From positions 37,396,341 to 37,460,340 of the forward strand of contig JARDVH010000137.1 in NCBI GenBank assembly GCA_030324005.1: a DNA stretch of 64,000 nucleotides, written 5' to 3'. Of the stretch, positions 1 to 13,036 are shown piece by piece. Below the pieces are notes generated by a model. That model saw nothing but the letters and a program-made list of their open reading frames with translations. It was not told the origin of the DNA and did no database searches. Every line of letters starts with the position of its first letter. Position 1 is the stretch's first letter. The position numbers and the translations under genes were made by a program. Source of the DNA: Negaprion brevirostris (lineage: Eukaryota).

Positions 1-153
1 AAAGCATTTAGACAGTTACATGGATAAGATAGGTATAGAGGGATATGGGCCAAATGTGGGCAATTGGGACTAGCTTATGGGTTGAAAAAAGCGGCATGGA
101 CGAGTTGGGCCGACGGGGCTGTTTCCATGTTGTAAACCTCTATGACTCTATGT
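1..153 (+). mobile_element. CR1/HER1-type LINE 3' end
   Basis: Typical tail: gcatttagacagttacatgg...gagggatatgggccaaatg...ctctatgactctatg. Confidence 0.8.
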
Positions 154-169
154 ATACCACTGTGCCACC

Positions 170-765
170 CCTTCTGTTTGATCTGTCCTACCGGTGGGAC
201 AGGGCATTCCCAGGAATAATGATGATGAAGTCTGGGGTATTATCTACACAGTATGATTCTGTGAGCTTGACAAATCTGAGATTTGCTCTCCCAAATCTTG
301 CACAAGCCACCTGATCTTAGTAAGAATAACTTTCAGGGTCTGTGGAGTTGAATTTCCCATTGACGTTTGATGCCAGCTGGTCTATCCAGTTTCATTCCTT
401 CTAGGCTTTTAAGCAGTTAGATACAACTGAGACCATTGTTGCCCGTCAAGAATTGAGCAGAGTGGTTTGCTCAGCTATTTCAGAGGATATTTGAGGGTCA
501 ATGGCATTGCTGTGGGTCTGATGTTAGGCTAGACCAGGTAAAGATGACATTTCCTTACCTAAAGAACGTTAATGGACCAGTTTGGTTTTTACAATTGATA
601 GTTCTCATGGTCATTATTGAGACCACCTTGATCTGTTCATTGAATCTAACTTCCACCAGCTTTGTGTTTGGATTTGAACCCGCGCCCACACCACATTAGC
701 TTGGACCTACTGGATTACAGTCCATAGTCCAGTGACAATACCACTATATTGCCATCTCCCTATAT
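170..765 (-). mobile_element. tRNA-headed LINE 5' fragment running into an APE endonuclease domain
   Basis: Minus strand: A-box-like tggcaatatagtggta (754-739), B-box ggttcaaatcc (680-670), then degenerate LTESYCVDNTPDFIIIIPGNALSHR*DR. Confidence 0.65.
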
Positions 766-3019
766 TGAATGATTAAACCTAAGTAATATAAGACAGCGGG
801 TTTCAAATCAAGTTGATGTCCCATTCACTGTTACAAAGGAAATGGCATGACACCAATTCGAACTGAGCATCAGGAAGAGAACTTCCTTTAAAATCAGTAA
901 TTTAAAAGTGCTGTTTGGATCTTGGATTTGCTATCGTAGTTGATAGTCTGCACTCCCTGAAGGGGAGTAATCTTTGTATAGAAATTTCTTGTGTTCACCT
1001 GTTTGTCTTTAGTTTATTGTTAATTCAGCTAACTTTTCCTTTTATAATAGGAACATATTTGTATGCAAAATATCGTTTTTAAGTTGCTTGTAGACTGCTC
1101 CATCTCAGCATTGTGTGTCATTGCCACATCCCAGTAGTATCACAAATGAGCAATGCTGTTTGAGTGTTCTGATTCTCAGTGCCATGTTTTAAGTGAGATG
1201 CATACAAAAAAAAGTAGTGGGGCTATTTCTAAACAACAACAGTTCAGAAATATTGTGTTTCATAGCAACAGGAATTAATACACCAGTAACAACGTTCTGA
1301 CAGATTTTTGATTGACATAATTGATTCAATTTCCACTTGCACTTGCAATGCATACCAATATTTTTTTACCATTAATGATGTCAGTAGCTGTACAGAAAGC
1401 AGCTCACAGGTAGTTGAAATCTCTCCTTAAAAAATTGGTCAGTTGTGAACCAGTTTTTTTTTTTTTGCTGCACAATTGAATCCTACTTGAAATGTAAAAC
1501 CTACTTAACTTGACTGTTCATTTTACTATTACTTGCTTCCAACAGTGGGAGGAGCAACAACTTGACATTGCTAAAGACTTGTACCATTGTCATATGTTGT
1601 GATGCATACAAAAAAAAGTGTTTACATGTGAAGGTTCGAAGAAGCAACAGTGAGTTATGCCACTCACTGCTGTACCTTAATTTGCACCAGCTCTGAGATG
1701 GGCTTACAGAAACTAATTTTAAAAGAAATGTATTTAGATCATTAGTTTGCTGATTTTATTCCCTGTTCACAAACCAATGTCACATGGACGAAAAATAGTG
1801 GTCTATGTGACCTCAACAGTGCAATTAAAGGACACTTTCTCACACTGCATTTATTTAAAAAAATACTAAAACCTGTTACTGATTGAAGCAGTCATTTGTG
1901 GAAGTGCAGCATTGCATTAATTAGGGAAATCTATTTATTTATTGTTTGCAAAGAAAGCAATTTATCCATTGATGAGAATCATGCAGATGATTTATCTGCT
2001 TAAATTGCTGCAATTATCATCCATGCCATGTCTCCAAAATAAATCTGCATTTTCAACTCACTTTGAACATTTTACAATAAATTACCAATCAATTTGTCAT
2101 TTTAAAATTAAACTACACTTGACTTAATTGTAACTGACTGTTGGCATCTATAAACGGGTTTTAAGTTAAAGCTGAGGGTCAGGAAAGCAAGAAGGAAGTG
2201 GAAATAGAGGCAACATGATGGAAATGTAGAATATTTTTAACAGTGCAACAGTGGTTTATTGCCTTTTGAGTGGTCAATGTAAAATTTTTAAAGATGGTAA
2301 GTCCTAAAACTAAGACTCAGCACAGAGGATATTGATGCATGCAATTTACAACAAATAAACTTTGAGATCGAGAGAGCGAGTACCATTTTACCAACTTGAA
2401 CAGAGTGCAGTCTGAGGGAATCAAAGTTAAAGGAAATTATTCTAATAATGTAATGTAATCTAATCTAATAATTCTAATCATGTAAGCAGCCCTGTAAAAG
2501 GAATGCAAGTGTGGAGAGACAACAGGCAACCCATCCAGAGGAATCTTTGAATCACCGTTCCAGTGAGCGACAATATTCAGTATCTGGGGAGGTTCTCCCA
2601 TGTAGGCCACTTGCGTGAGTCTGTCAGAGGTGACAGATTGGTAACTGAGTATCACAACCGGAGAAACAAATACATAACTTGCAAGAGTTTACTGTGGTTG
2701 GAAAATGCCAGGGATTTATGACCAATCACTCCCTGCAAAGGTTCTGACATGCAGTAACTGAGAAAAATTGATAACTAACTACTGCGTTATCCAGTATTTT
2801 TGAGAAGTTTTGGTGTTCTTATATTTTTAAAAAATTTACTAACTTGTAAATTTTTCAATTGGAATTGTAAAGTATTTGTTGATGGAGGAATGAGAAGCAC
2901 AATGGTCTGATCTGTTCACTGTGCAGTCCAGTCCTTTGCTATGCTCACCAGTGCATATTTTGACTAATGTTTCTTTAGTGTAGATTTTCCATGGGAAATT
3001 TGTGTTTTCACATCTCTTC

Positions 3020-3315
3020 GTTGCCTTGCCCCTCCCTGTTACTGGAACACCCTGCACCTTTACAACCCTCCTAAATGTCTGCATGCTCCTCCAATTCTGG
3101 ACTGTTGCAGATCCTAAATTTTCACTGCTCCCCTGTAGGCAGCTGTTTATTTTTGTTCCTTGAAGACACTCCTTTTAAACCTATCTTTTGACTAAACGTT
3201 TAGTCACCTGTCCTGATGTCTCATGATGCGGCTCATTAGTTTGTTTACCCTCTTTTGAAAGGCCTTGAGAAACTTTGCGATGTTAAAGGTATTTTATAAA
3301 TAAAAGTTAATTTGA
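3020..3315 (+). mobile_element. Old L2-type LINE 3' end
   Basis: ctccaattctgg...ccttgagaaactttgcgatgttaaaggtattttataaataaaagtt resembles the L2 tail. Confidence 0.55.
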
Positions 3316-5467
3316 AGCGATTCAGTAGCATTAATACACTATACATATTTTCTCTGGTTGGGAAATAAAATTATAACCAGAGGTGGGCCATTTTGTAATC
3401 AAATCAGGAAGCACTTTTTCACCCAGAGTGAATTCTTGCCCAAATTCCTGTAGATATAGCAAGTGAAATTTTTTAGATATAAAAGGGTAAGAATCAAAGC
3501 TGAATAAAATAGTTGAGATGACCTGGAAGGGTGGTAGAGACAGTATTCCTCATTTAAAACATGGAAGTGTTGTAACCTACAGGGTACAGACCATGAACTG
3601 TAAATTGGAGTTAAACTAATGATGGGCGACTGAGTCAAGTGAGTGGGCTGTATTAGTGGCCCTGCTTCATTTCAGTGGGTCACAAGATTTAGCTGGGTAT
3701 ATTGCAGTCAGAGACAGTTCACTGGGAAGTGAAACTCTCAACTTCTCTGAGAAGCTGAACAAGGCAAGGTAATTGCAAAGACACAAGCTTCCTAAGAAAC
3801 AAGATACAATCCAGATAACTCATTCTTTCTGACTTAATTTCCTGGTTATGAGAACAGAGACCAAGGTATTGTTTAGAAGAATTTAAGAGTAAACAAAGGG
3901 TTATGAATTAAAGACAACTGCAGCAATCAGGTTTAATGTGGGACTTGGCCTTCAGAGAAACATCAAAAGTTTGATGCCATTTTAATCAGAGTCTGTGAGT
4001 TAAAGCAATTGTTTGTACAGCAGTCTCTTGATCCCAGGGTTCAATTTTAGGATCTTCCTGTCCAATTATGACATCAGTTGGGATCGTAATACCAATAGCA
4101 AAAAGATTACTCAGTCGGAAATCAGCAGACTGTGACAACCCTGTGAATAGACACTTTAATAAAGTATCTCGTGGGTCACACCCAGAACTCTGGGTCGCTT
4201 ATGGCCCCAGGATTGCAGGTTGCCCACCATTGGATGAGACTACTGATCTTTCCTGCCCTAGTATGTTGGGCCAAATGGCTGCCGCCTTTAAATTTTCTGT
4301 TTTGGAGGTCAGCAATAATCTGAACAATAGAACTCGTGGGACCTACTCCTATTTCTATATTACCAAACGATGGGAACCATATCATGCCTGAACAATAGTC
4401 TTGAGTGATTTCCACAGGTGGCCCTCACAAATAAGCATCCAGCAGCCTCGATGTATTATCTCTTTACATAATGCAAGTGCCAATTTCATTATTAAAAATG
4501 TATATTTAGTGGTATTTTGTTTGCTTCCATCTTCCAATTGCATTCTCTAATATATATCCTTGAAGTATTACATTGTTAGTTGTTCAAGTACTTTTATGTG
4601 GTACTAAGATAGAGAGCTTGAGCCCGTACTAAACACAAACTGCAGTTCCCTATGACACTCACTCGAGGTTATTCGAGGGTTTTTTTTTGTTTCAACCGTA
4701 TGACTAACGGGGCTGATTTAGTAAGTACATGATGTATTCTGTGATTGCTAGCCACAAACTAAATTAAAATCCCCAGCATACATTAAGGTACTCAGCAAAA
4801 TAGCTGTGAAATGGTTGTACATGACAGATGCTGCCTGGGGGAGAACGATAAACTATGCAAGCAATGTCGTAACTGTTGTTGGAAATTCCCGTTTATTAAA
4901 GGAAGATGATACAGACGCTGTAGTAGGAAGGTCTTTTCACAGTTGAGCTTTTTTCAAATTTTCAAGAAATTAGCATACAAAATTTAATACCCTAATCTTT
5001 GTCAAAGATCTTGTTTCCTTTGCAGACCCCTTGGGTTTGTTGAACTAGGAAGAAGCTATTTGGACAACTTGACTGTAGGAGCCCATTATGCAGTGTTTCT
5101 TGGCATCTTTGAGAGTTGGTAGTCAGTTTACTAGCTTGGAAATGTCATGCAGACCGAAAGCAGCGGGTTACCAACTCTTCCTTCCATTCTTGTTCACTAG
5201 AGCTGGAAAGAATATCACTTTTTTTGTATTTTGAAAAAACATGGGAGAGAAAGGGAAGAATTGTTTATCCTTAACGATCTTGGTTAAGATTTAACTACAG
5301 AATTTTTTAAAGATCAGCAGTAAAATGATATTCCGATAGTGTTGATGCTGGTTTCAGAGTGGCCCAGTTTCATTTCGTGCATTTGTCTTAATCTGTGTGA
5401 GGCACTGACTTACTGCACCAAACAAACAACACTCTTGAGTGCTGGCATTGAATTAATATATATTAGA

Positions 5468-5778
5468 TCATAGAATCCCTACAGTACAGCAGGAGGCCAT
5501 TTGGTCCATCAATCTGCACCAACCACAATCCTATCCAGAACCTATCCTCATAATCCATACATTTACCCTAGCTAGCACCCCTCCCCTCACCAACACTAAG
5601 GGACAATTTAGCATGGCCAATCCACCTAACTCGCACATCTTTTGGACTGTGGAGAGAAACCAGAGGAAACCTACGCAGACATGGGAAGAATGTGCAAACT
5701 CCACACAGATACTGACCCAAGCTAGAAATCAAACTCCGATCCCTGGCACTGAGGCAGCAGTGCTGCCGTGCCACCCTA
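5468..5778 (-). mobile_element. HE1-like V-SINE (CR1-type tail)
   Basis: tRNA-derived head, V-domain (gtggagtttgcacattct...ggtttcctc), tail ending gggattctatg. Confidence 0.85.
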
Positions 5779-5970
5779 TTCTTGGGGTTTCGGTCTTGTT
5801 GCTAAGGCCAGCATGTCAATTTGTGCATGGTGGTTGTGGGCTGTCTTCTGCACTTGTTCCTACAGTGCTGTGGGTAGGAGTTTCAGGATTTTGACTCACT
5901 AGGAAGAAATAGCCATATACTTCCGAGTTAGGATCATATATTACTTAGAAAGGAACTTGGAGGTGACAGT

Positions 5971-6206
5971 AGATAAAAGCAAATTACTGTGGATGCTGGA
6001 ATCTGAAACCAGAAGATAAAATGCTGGAAAATCTCACCAAGTCTGACAGCACTTGTAAGGAGAGAAAAGAGCTGACATTTTGAGTCTAGATGACCTTTTG
6101 TCAAAGACTTGACAAAGGGTCATCTAGACTCGTTGTCCGCTCTTTTCTCTCCTTGGTGATGCTGCCAAACCTGCTGAGATTTTCCAGCATTTTCTCTTTT
6201 TTGATT
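5971..6206. mobile_element. Palindromic Penelope-type non-autonomous insert with 14-bp TSD, nested in an older LINE 3' fragment
   Basis: Arms are reverse complements around ttgtcaaagacttgacaa; flanked by ttggaggtgacagt at 5957-5970 and 6207-6220; arm sequence is related to the termini of the PLE at 21715-23800. Confidence 0.8.
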
Positions 6207-7147
6207 TTGGAGGTGACAGTGTTCCAGTGCACCTGCTACCCTTTTTCTAGGTGGTGGAGACTGTGGATTTAGGACATACTGCCAAGGAAATCATGGCGAA
6301 TTGCTGTTATGCATCTGTAGCAAGTGCACCCTAGTACCATTAACTGAGTAAATCCAGATGGTGAAGAGGTTCGACTTTTGTTGCATTTCATCTATTGAAA
6401 AGAGTTGAAGTACACAAGCGTGCACTGTGCAAATGAATGTGTAGAAATTATATGCCAGCAATGTACCTCTTTTCAGTTTATTAATCCATCCACATCTATA
6501 TTCCCAGTTAGTCATGTCTGGCTCACTTTCGTTTTGCTTTGTTAAAGATACCATGTACGTGCAAGTTGCTGGTAACAGCTAGTGACTAACATATTGAACA
6601 CCACTAATGCATCATACATTACCAAGTGTACGTGCTCTCACCATTTGTTCAAGTTAAATTCCCATTGTGCCATATGGTGATTGCTGTTCTCTGACATGTA
6701 TATTGGCAAAACTTCTGAGAGATCCCACATTTTTGCCTGCTTGCGTGGAATTGTATCAGCTCCTTGATTGCAGTGGAAAATAATTTTGTGTAATATTTAA
6801 CATTTGGTATATTTTGAGTTCTGAATTTTGCGGAACAAGTTATACTTAAGAACTGGCTGTGTGATAGGGCTGTTAACTTAATTGCATGCAACTTGAGGGG
6901 TGAGCAGTGTATTTCACTATTTGATTCGCTGAAACAAATCTGCAGTCTGTGCATTGAGTATAGGTAGAAAGTGAACATGTCAACCAGATGTTCATATGTT
7001 GGTGCTGTAGAAGCCAGTGTCTCGAGCATGCCTAATTCCTGTTGATTTTGCTGAAGCAAAGTATCTGTAGTTTTTTTTTCCCATTATTAAACCACTTCAT
7101 AGGACTGGAGTAAGTCATTCAGCTCCATGAATCCAAATTCTGTTTGT

Positions 7148-7415
7148 GGGGTGGCATGGAGGCACAGTGGTGAGCAATGCTGGGGCTCAATTCCAGCCTC
7201 AGGTGACTGTGCAAATTCCGCACATTCTCCTTGTGTCTGTGTGGGCTTCCTCCTGGTCCGCCAAAGATGTGTGGGTTAGGTTGATAGGTCATGCTAAATT
7301 GACCCTTAGTGTCAACAGGATGTGGGGTTACAGGATTAGGGCCTGGGTGGGATTGTGGTCAGTGCAGACTCAGGCCGAAATGGCTTGCTTCTGCACAGGA
7401 GGAATTTTATGATAT
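7148..7415 (+). mobile_element. HE1-like V-SINE
   Basis: ggcacagtggtgagcaatgctg head, V-domain, CR1-type tail. Confidence 0.8.
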
Positions 7416-7464
7416 CTATGAACTTGTTCAGCTATTCACCTTATGTCATAATCTATCTTTTTTT

Positions 7465-8185
7465 TTGACTTCACCTGTCGCAGTCCCCACTTGGAGCAAA
7501 TTCTGCACCCTTGCCATTCTCGGTGCTTCCTCCAACTGGTGTTCAACTTGGAGTATTGCTTCATCAGCTGAGGGGGGTGGTATTTGGTAATCAGCAGGAG
7601 ATTTGCGCCCATGTATGACCTGGTGCCATGGGACTTCAAGTCTGGAGTTGATGTTGAAGTCTCCAAGGGGAATTTTCATCCCGATTGTGCACCACTGTCA
7701 CCACCCCTGCTGGATGTATCCGAGAATGGTGGTGATGGTGTCTGCTACCTTGCCTATAAGGTATTTATCTGAGTATGCCAGTGTTGGGCTGTTGCTTGAC
7801 TAGTTGTGAGAGAGCTCTTTAAATTTGGTACAAGATTTTGTAAAGTGGACTTTACAGTGTTGAGAGCTGGGTTTGCTGTTTCATTTTTCTGGTGCCTAGG
7901 TCAATGCTAGGTAGTCTGTCTGGTTTCATTTTGTGGACTTCGTAGCAGTTGGATACGAGTAAGTGGCTTGCTAGGCTGACATTGCTTTGTGTCTGAACTC
8001 GCATGTAGGCAAGACCATGTAAAGTCAGCAGATTTCCTTCCTTGAAGGATACTAATAAATAGAAGATGGATTTTTATAACAATCAACAGTTATCATCGCT
8101 AGACTTTTGAAATCCAGAAATTTTTTTTATTGAATTCAAATTCTGCCATCTGCTAGTCCAGTGACAATTTCATTGCCTCCCCTAT
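7465..8185 (-). mobile_element. tRNA-headed LINE 5' fragment with degenerate APE endonuclease
   Basis: ORFs 7436..7666 and 7446..7679 give NLLLITKYHPP / PSADEAILQVEHQLEEA (EEP-domain Y.PP motif); upstream leader is shared with 170-765. Confidence 0.7.
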
Positions 8186-9009
8186 CTCAATTCAATCACT
8201 TAAGCTTGTATATTCAAGTGAGCACATGTTGATGCAACATGTCCCATAATTTCATCTTACTTCCACACCAGGTGAGTGCCATTGGTTGAGTGGTAGGATT
8301 CTTGCCTTTTTGAGTTAAACGTGTTATTTAAATCCTGCTGCAAATAATCTGACTCTCTGAAATCTAGGTTGCTGTCCAGTGGGACTCCATTCTTTGGGCT
8401 GAGATGTCTGGTTTACATTGTGGTCATTGAGGAAGTCTCAGAATGCTAATTAGCTTGAGAGTTAAAAAATTAAGATAGCTCAGCTTAGTGCTGGTTTTGA
8501 AAGCTAATGATGCAACCTCCTAACAAGCATAACCTACCTCAGATTTAATATTCTGAGACCAGTGCTAATCTAGGTCTAGGGTCTGCAGAGATGTGGAGGT
8601 TCTAACAACCTGTTGCCCTGGATATTCTTATCTTCGCTGACAACTTTGGAATGTTCTGTGGCTACTAATATGCAAAGATGAAAAACCTTTCAGTTGTACC
8701 AGAGTGCTACCCTTAAAACATCCTTAGTGTTTTACTGTTTTTAATTCTAGATTCCTCCTGTGGATTGTCATAGGTGATTAAACTTTATTTTGTGATGTGT
8801 GCAAGGCTTTATTTAGTGATGATTTCAGGAAAGCTGATTAACCCATCTCTCTTCCTTAAGTGCGTGTTGACCATTTTTGTTTTTGTTAGAGGTGAAACAG
8901 CACCCTTGAGGCTTGACTTAACAAAAAAAGCAAGGTTTTTAATGAAAAAAATCATTCTCCGCGTTAGGGATTGTATGAAGATTCTCAATACTTTGTTTCT
9001 TGACTTCAG

Positions 9010-9084
9010 GTTGTTTTGCATGTGGAATGGAAAATGGATTCCGTGTCTATAACACTGATCCACTGAAGGAGAAGGAAAAACAAG
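9010..9084 (+). CDS. WDR45B: WDR45B coding exon 2 (75 bp): (G)[24 protein letters not shown](E)
   Basis: ttcag acceptor at 9008-9009; donor caag|gtgagg at 9085; translation matches WIPI3. Confidence 0.96.
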
Positions 9085-9589
9085 GTGAGGCGTATCGCCA
9101 GTCAGGTAATGCAGATTTGTGATTACTACTGCTTTTACATCAATTGCAATAAGATAATTCTGTTTTAAATATAATTTTGACTATTAATTTTTGTTTCCAG
9201 GGTCTAAATTATAAGTGTGCAAAGTTAGTTAGGTTTTTAAAAATACTGAGTTGATAAATGATGTAAAACATTTTAGCAAGAGAAGCATTTGGAAAATAAA
9301 CATTCAAGCTGAGGGACAATCTTGTCTCAGGTGTCTTGAGAGGCTTCTTTGAACAACTGCACTGGCAAACGTATTCCTCAGCCAGTTCCACTTTTTTTTT
9401 TGTCCCTTCCTTGGTCAAGTTTTCAACAACCTTGTGTAGGCCAACTATAAAACTTTCTAGCTGGTCGAGCAGTGTTGCAGTAGTACGTTACTCCATTGTC
9501 AGATACCTTGTTTTGAAGACCTATTAAACCAAACCCTGTCAACAGTCATAAATCATCTTCTGGTACAACTTTGAAGAGAAGCATGATGA

Positions 9590-9846
9590 TGCTGGCTGGC
9601 GGATAGGAGACAGAGGGTGGTGGTTGATGGTAAGTATTCGTCATGGAGTTTGGTTACGAGTGGTGTGCCNNNNNNNNNNNNNNNNNNNNNNNNNNNNNNN
9701 NNNNNNNNNNNNNNNNNNNNNNNNNNNNNNNNNNNNNNNNNNNNNNNNNNNNNNNNNNNNNNNNNNNNNTCATTGCTTTTTAACTGGCCGGCGCAACATC
9801 GTGGGCCGAAGGGCCTGTTCTGCGCTGTAATGTTCTATGTTCTATG
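9590..9846 (+). mobile_element. CR1-type LINE, middle collapsed into a 100-N gap
   Basis: RT motif WLADRRQRVVVDGKYSSWSLVTSGVP before the gap; tail gggccgaagggcctgttctgcgctgtaatgttctatgttctatg after it. Confidence 0.85.
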
Positions 9847-10473
9847 CTGTCTTGTCTGCTCGCATGCACCCTTTTTTTTACTAATTGACATGTCAGCTTG
9901 GTGGATTAAAAGAACAATGGTATTTGCCTTTTCGTTTTATGTGAAGCATTTGAGTATTATTGAAGGTTCTTTGGAACTTGTGTTTAGATACATTTTGATT
10001 TCTTTCTGGTGTAAAACGGTGTATTATAGTTCACTAAGCCTCAGTTGCTATGGTGACTAGTTTTGGGTTGTGGATAGTGCTGGTCAAGGCTTCAGTCACA
10101 TGGCTGACCAGGAAACACTCCCACTCTCACCACTGGTCACTTGGTGTGTGTTGAAAGAGGGGAAAAAGTCCTGGGGTGGGATTCCAATCCAGAGCTTCTG
10201 GTTTAGAGGCAGTGACATTACCCAGTACATCACATGACCTCCATTTAGTACAAAATAAGTAGGTGTAAACATTACAGTTTCAAGGCCAGACACTTCTGTT
10301 CCAAATGCAATAAACCAGTGAGCAAAAGCATGATTAGATCTTTGGCAGAGCAAGGTTGCAGTTGTATTCCTTGATTCATCTTATGCTATATCCACTTGGT
10401 CACTGTTTCAGTAAGTCTGTCTGTCTGAGCATCATCCTACATTGAACAATTATGAATTTGTTTTCTTTTACAG

Positions 10474-10575
10474 AATTTATGGAAGGCGGAGTTGGTCATG
10501 TTGAAATGCTTTTTCGATGTAATTACTTAGCTTTGGTTGGAGGTGGTAAAAAACCCAAGTATCCTCCCAATAAAG
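10474..10575 (+). CDS. WDR45B: WDR45B coding exon 3 (102 bp): (E)[33 protein letters not shown](V)
   Basis: Polypyrimidine tract + tacag acceptor; donor aaag|gtatag; PROPPIN blade sequence. Confidence 0.97.
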
Positions 10576-12948
10576 GTATAGCCTGGTCAGTGGAAATGTG
10601 ATATTATTGGGATTAACCATTTTGAGGACAATGTCATTTACCATCTGTGACGTTGAAAAAAATTAGGGTGGTTAATAACTTCAATTAAAATGCAACTCCA
10701 TATAATAATGTAGTGGTTATCCACCTGGACTGGGTAATATTCTGTGTAATCGGAGAGAATTACCTTTTAAAAGCTGCTATATTTACATTAAATCTGAACA
10801 GTTTCATTAATTCCCTCCTCTAAGAACTGTAATCCCTGTTGCCTTTTTTGTTCTGGAATACTTAAGCAATTTGCCTATCTGCTAGGACCTTTACAAAATT
10901 TAGGAAGTTTGGAAAATTACAAGCAACTACATTCACTGTATCTCTGCAGGCACATCTTTTAATTTGCTGGCGTACAGGCCATTAATCCCAATAACTTGTC
11001 AGCTTTTAGTCCCGTTAATGATGATACATTCTTGTAGAGTATTTTTTTGACAGTAAGTGCAACATATCTGTTTGGAAAATTATTAAATATCTCTTTAAAT
11101 GCCTGTCACAGCTTCTCTACTACTTTGCCGTTAACCCACCTTCCCTATCCATTTTCACTAACTCTGTCTTTATACTTTTGTGATTTCCATTCATTAATTT
11201 AATGATTCTAGTTTCAGAACCACACTTCTCACCCTCAAACTGAATGTGAAGTCCTACCATATCATGGTCATTCTTATCTAGAGTAATCTTTGCTGTGAGG
11301 TTATTAATTAATTCTGTCTCATTACGTATTACCAGGGATAAAGTAGCCTGTTCCCTAGTTGCCCTCTTTTTTTTTTAAATCGTGAGTGAGGGGCAACATT
11401 TTCCAATCTTAAGTGTAGTCCCTGAATTGAAAGAACTAAATAGTGAGGACACATCAGTAGTGTCCTCACTTATTTTTTAAATCCAGGTGTGGAAATTTTC
11501 CCATTCTGGAGACATGTCACTCTAGTGCCAATCTTTTTATTTATAATTGTCATTTTGCCAGTGTTAATTTGGTTGAGACTGTCCATGATTTCAGTATTTG
11601 TCTCCTTGGGATTTCCTGTTTGTTGACATCTTAAATGCAACCATTTAAATTATTCACATAGCTGTCTTTACTTCACTCACTCCAAGAATTTTCTTGATGT
11701 AATGTTGCAAAGCTCTGGAGAAGAGCATATGTGGAAAACCTAAGTCAGAAGCTATAATGATGAAATCTTTTATCGTTAAATACTCGCCACATTTCTAAAT
11801 TTAAAGAAGAATGCCGAATCCACTTACAGGAGTGAATTGTGTCACTTTATGGCAAAGAATATCAACGACCCTAAACTTTTAATTAATGGGAACTATCTGA
11901 GGTTCTAACTGTGAAGTTAAGGTGTTGCTTCATTGATGAAATTGGTAATTGCTTTTGGTCTTTGGGGAACAACTGGAGTTACCTCCTGATAAAATGGTAA
12001 ATAGGAAAAATTGCAGTGTTTTTTTTTTCCTTTTAGAAAAAGTTTTTGGTTTCTAAACTTCAAAAATTTCCAGCCTACTGCGCTAGTCTCAGCAAAAGCA
12101 GCAGAAGTGACAAGCACAAATTAACCTCCCAGAATCTGTGCTAGCATTGAATGGCTACCAAGCTTGTTTGCATCTGTCCTAATCTGCCATCAAATATTTT
12201 ATACCCTTGGTTAGATTTATCATTGCCAGTTTAATATTTACTTTTTATGCTGTAAGCTGAAAAATTCTGAAGGAAAATAAGCGTGGAGCAAACAGAGCAG
12301 GCAACCAAGTATTTCCTGAATTTATCCGATTGACAGGTTGTGAATAAACAGCACCAGGAGTGAAAAATTAATGTAAATTGTTTCTCATTCCAATCAAGGG
12401 GGGAAGAAAATTGAATTTCATTTTAAAAATATCCGACAATGAAAAGTCAAAGGAATGACATTGCTGTACCTGTAAAGGTTTTTTTTCATATCGAGTATTC
12501 CTTTGTAACAATATACAGTTAGCATGTTAAAATAATCTGACGGCTAGTCCAGGTTTAATTAAAGCAAAATGCTGCTGATCGTGAAAATCTGAAGTTAAAA
12601 TAAAAGCAGGAAATGCTAGAAACATTCAGCAGATTTAACAACAGCCATGTAGAGAGAAACCATGTTAATATTTCAGGAAGTTGCATCTCACATTTCACAC
12701 ACAATGGCTGGCAAAGGGAAAGAGCGAACTTGAGGGAAGGCCTGTGATTGGTTGTCTGAGTAAATAATGAAAAAAAAAGGGGGACAAGTAAAGAAATAAG
12801 CTCAATCTAGAGTTTATTGATGGTCTGCAATTGCATTCCTTCAGTGGCCCTGAAGAAAGGAAGGATAATTATTTTGTGAGCTCATTTTTTTGGAACTGCC
12901 TAGATTTCATTTTGAGAAGGAATGATGAAATGCTGTGGTATTTTACAG

Positions 12949-13036
12949 TAATGATATGGGATGATTTAAAGAAGAAGACTGTTATTGAAATTGAATTTTC
13001 TACTGAAGTCAAAGCAGTTAAACTACGGAGAGACAG
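12949..13036 (+). CDS. WDR45B: WDR45B coding exon 4 (88 bp): (V)[28 protein letters not shown](R)
   Basis: ttttacag acceptor; donor cag|gtaacc; visible in ORF 12831..13040. Confidence 0.97.

Noticed and set aside
11750-11905. Possible C/D-box snoRNA (ATGATGA...CTGA) in intron 3
   Set aside because: No convincing terminal stem, C'/D' boxes or recognisable rRNA antisense element.
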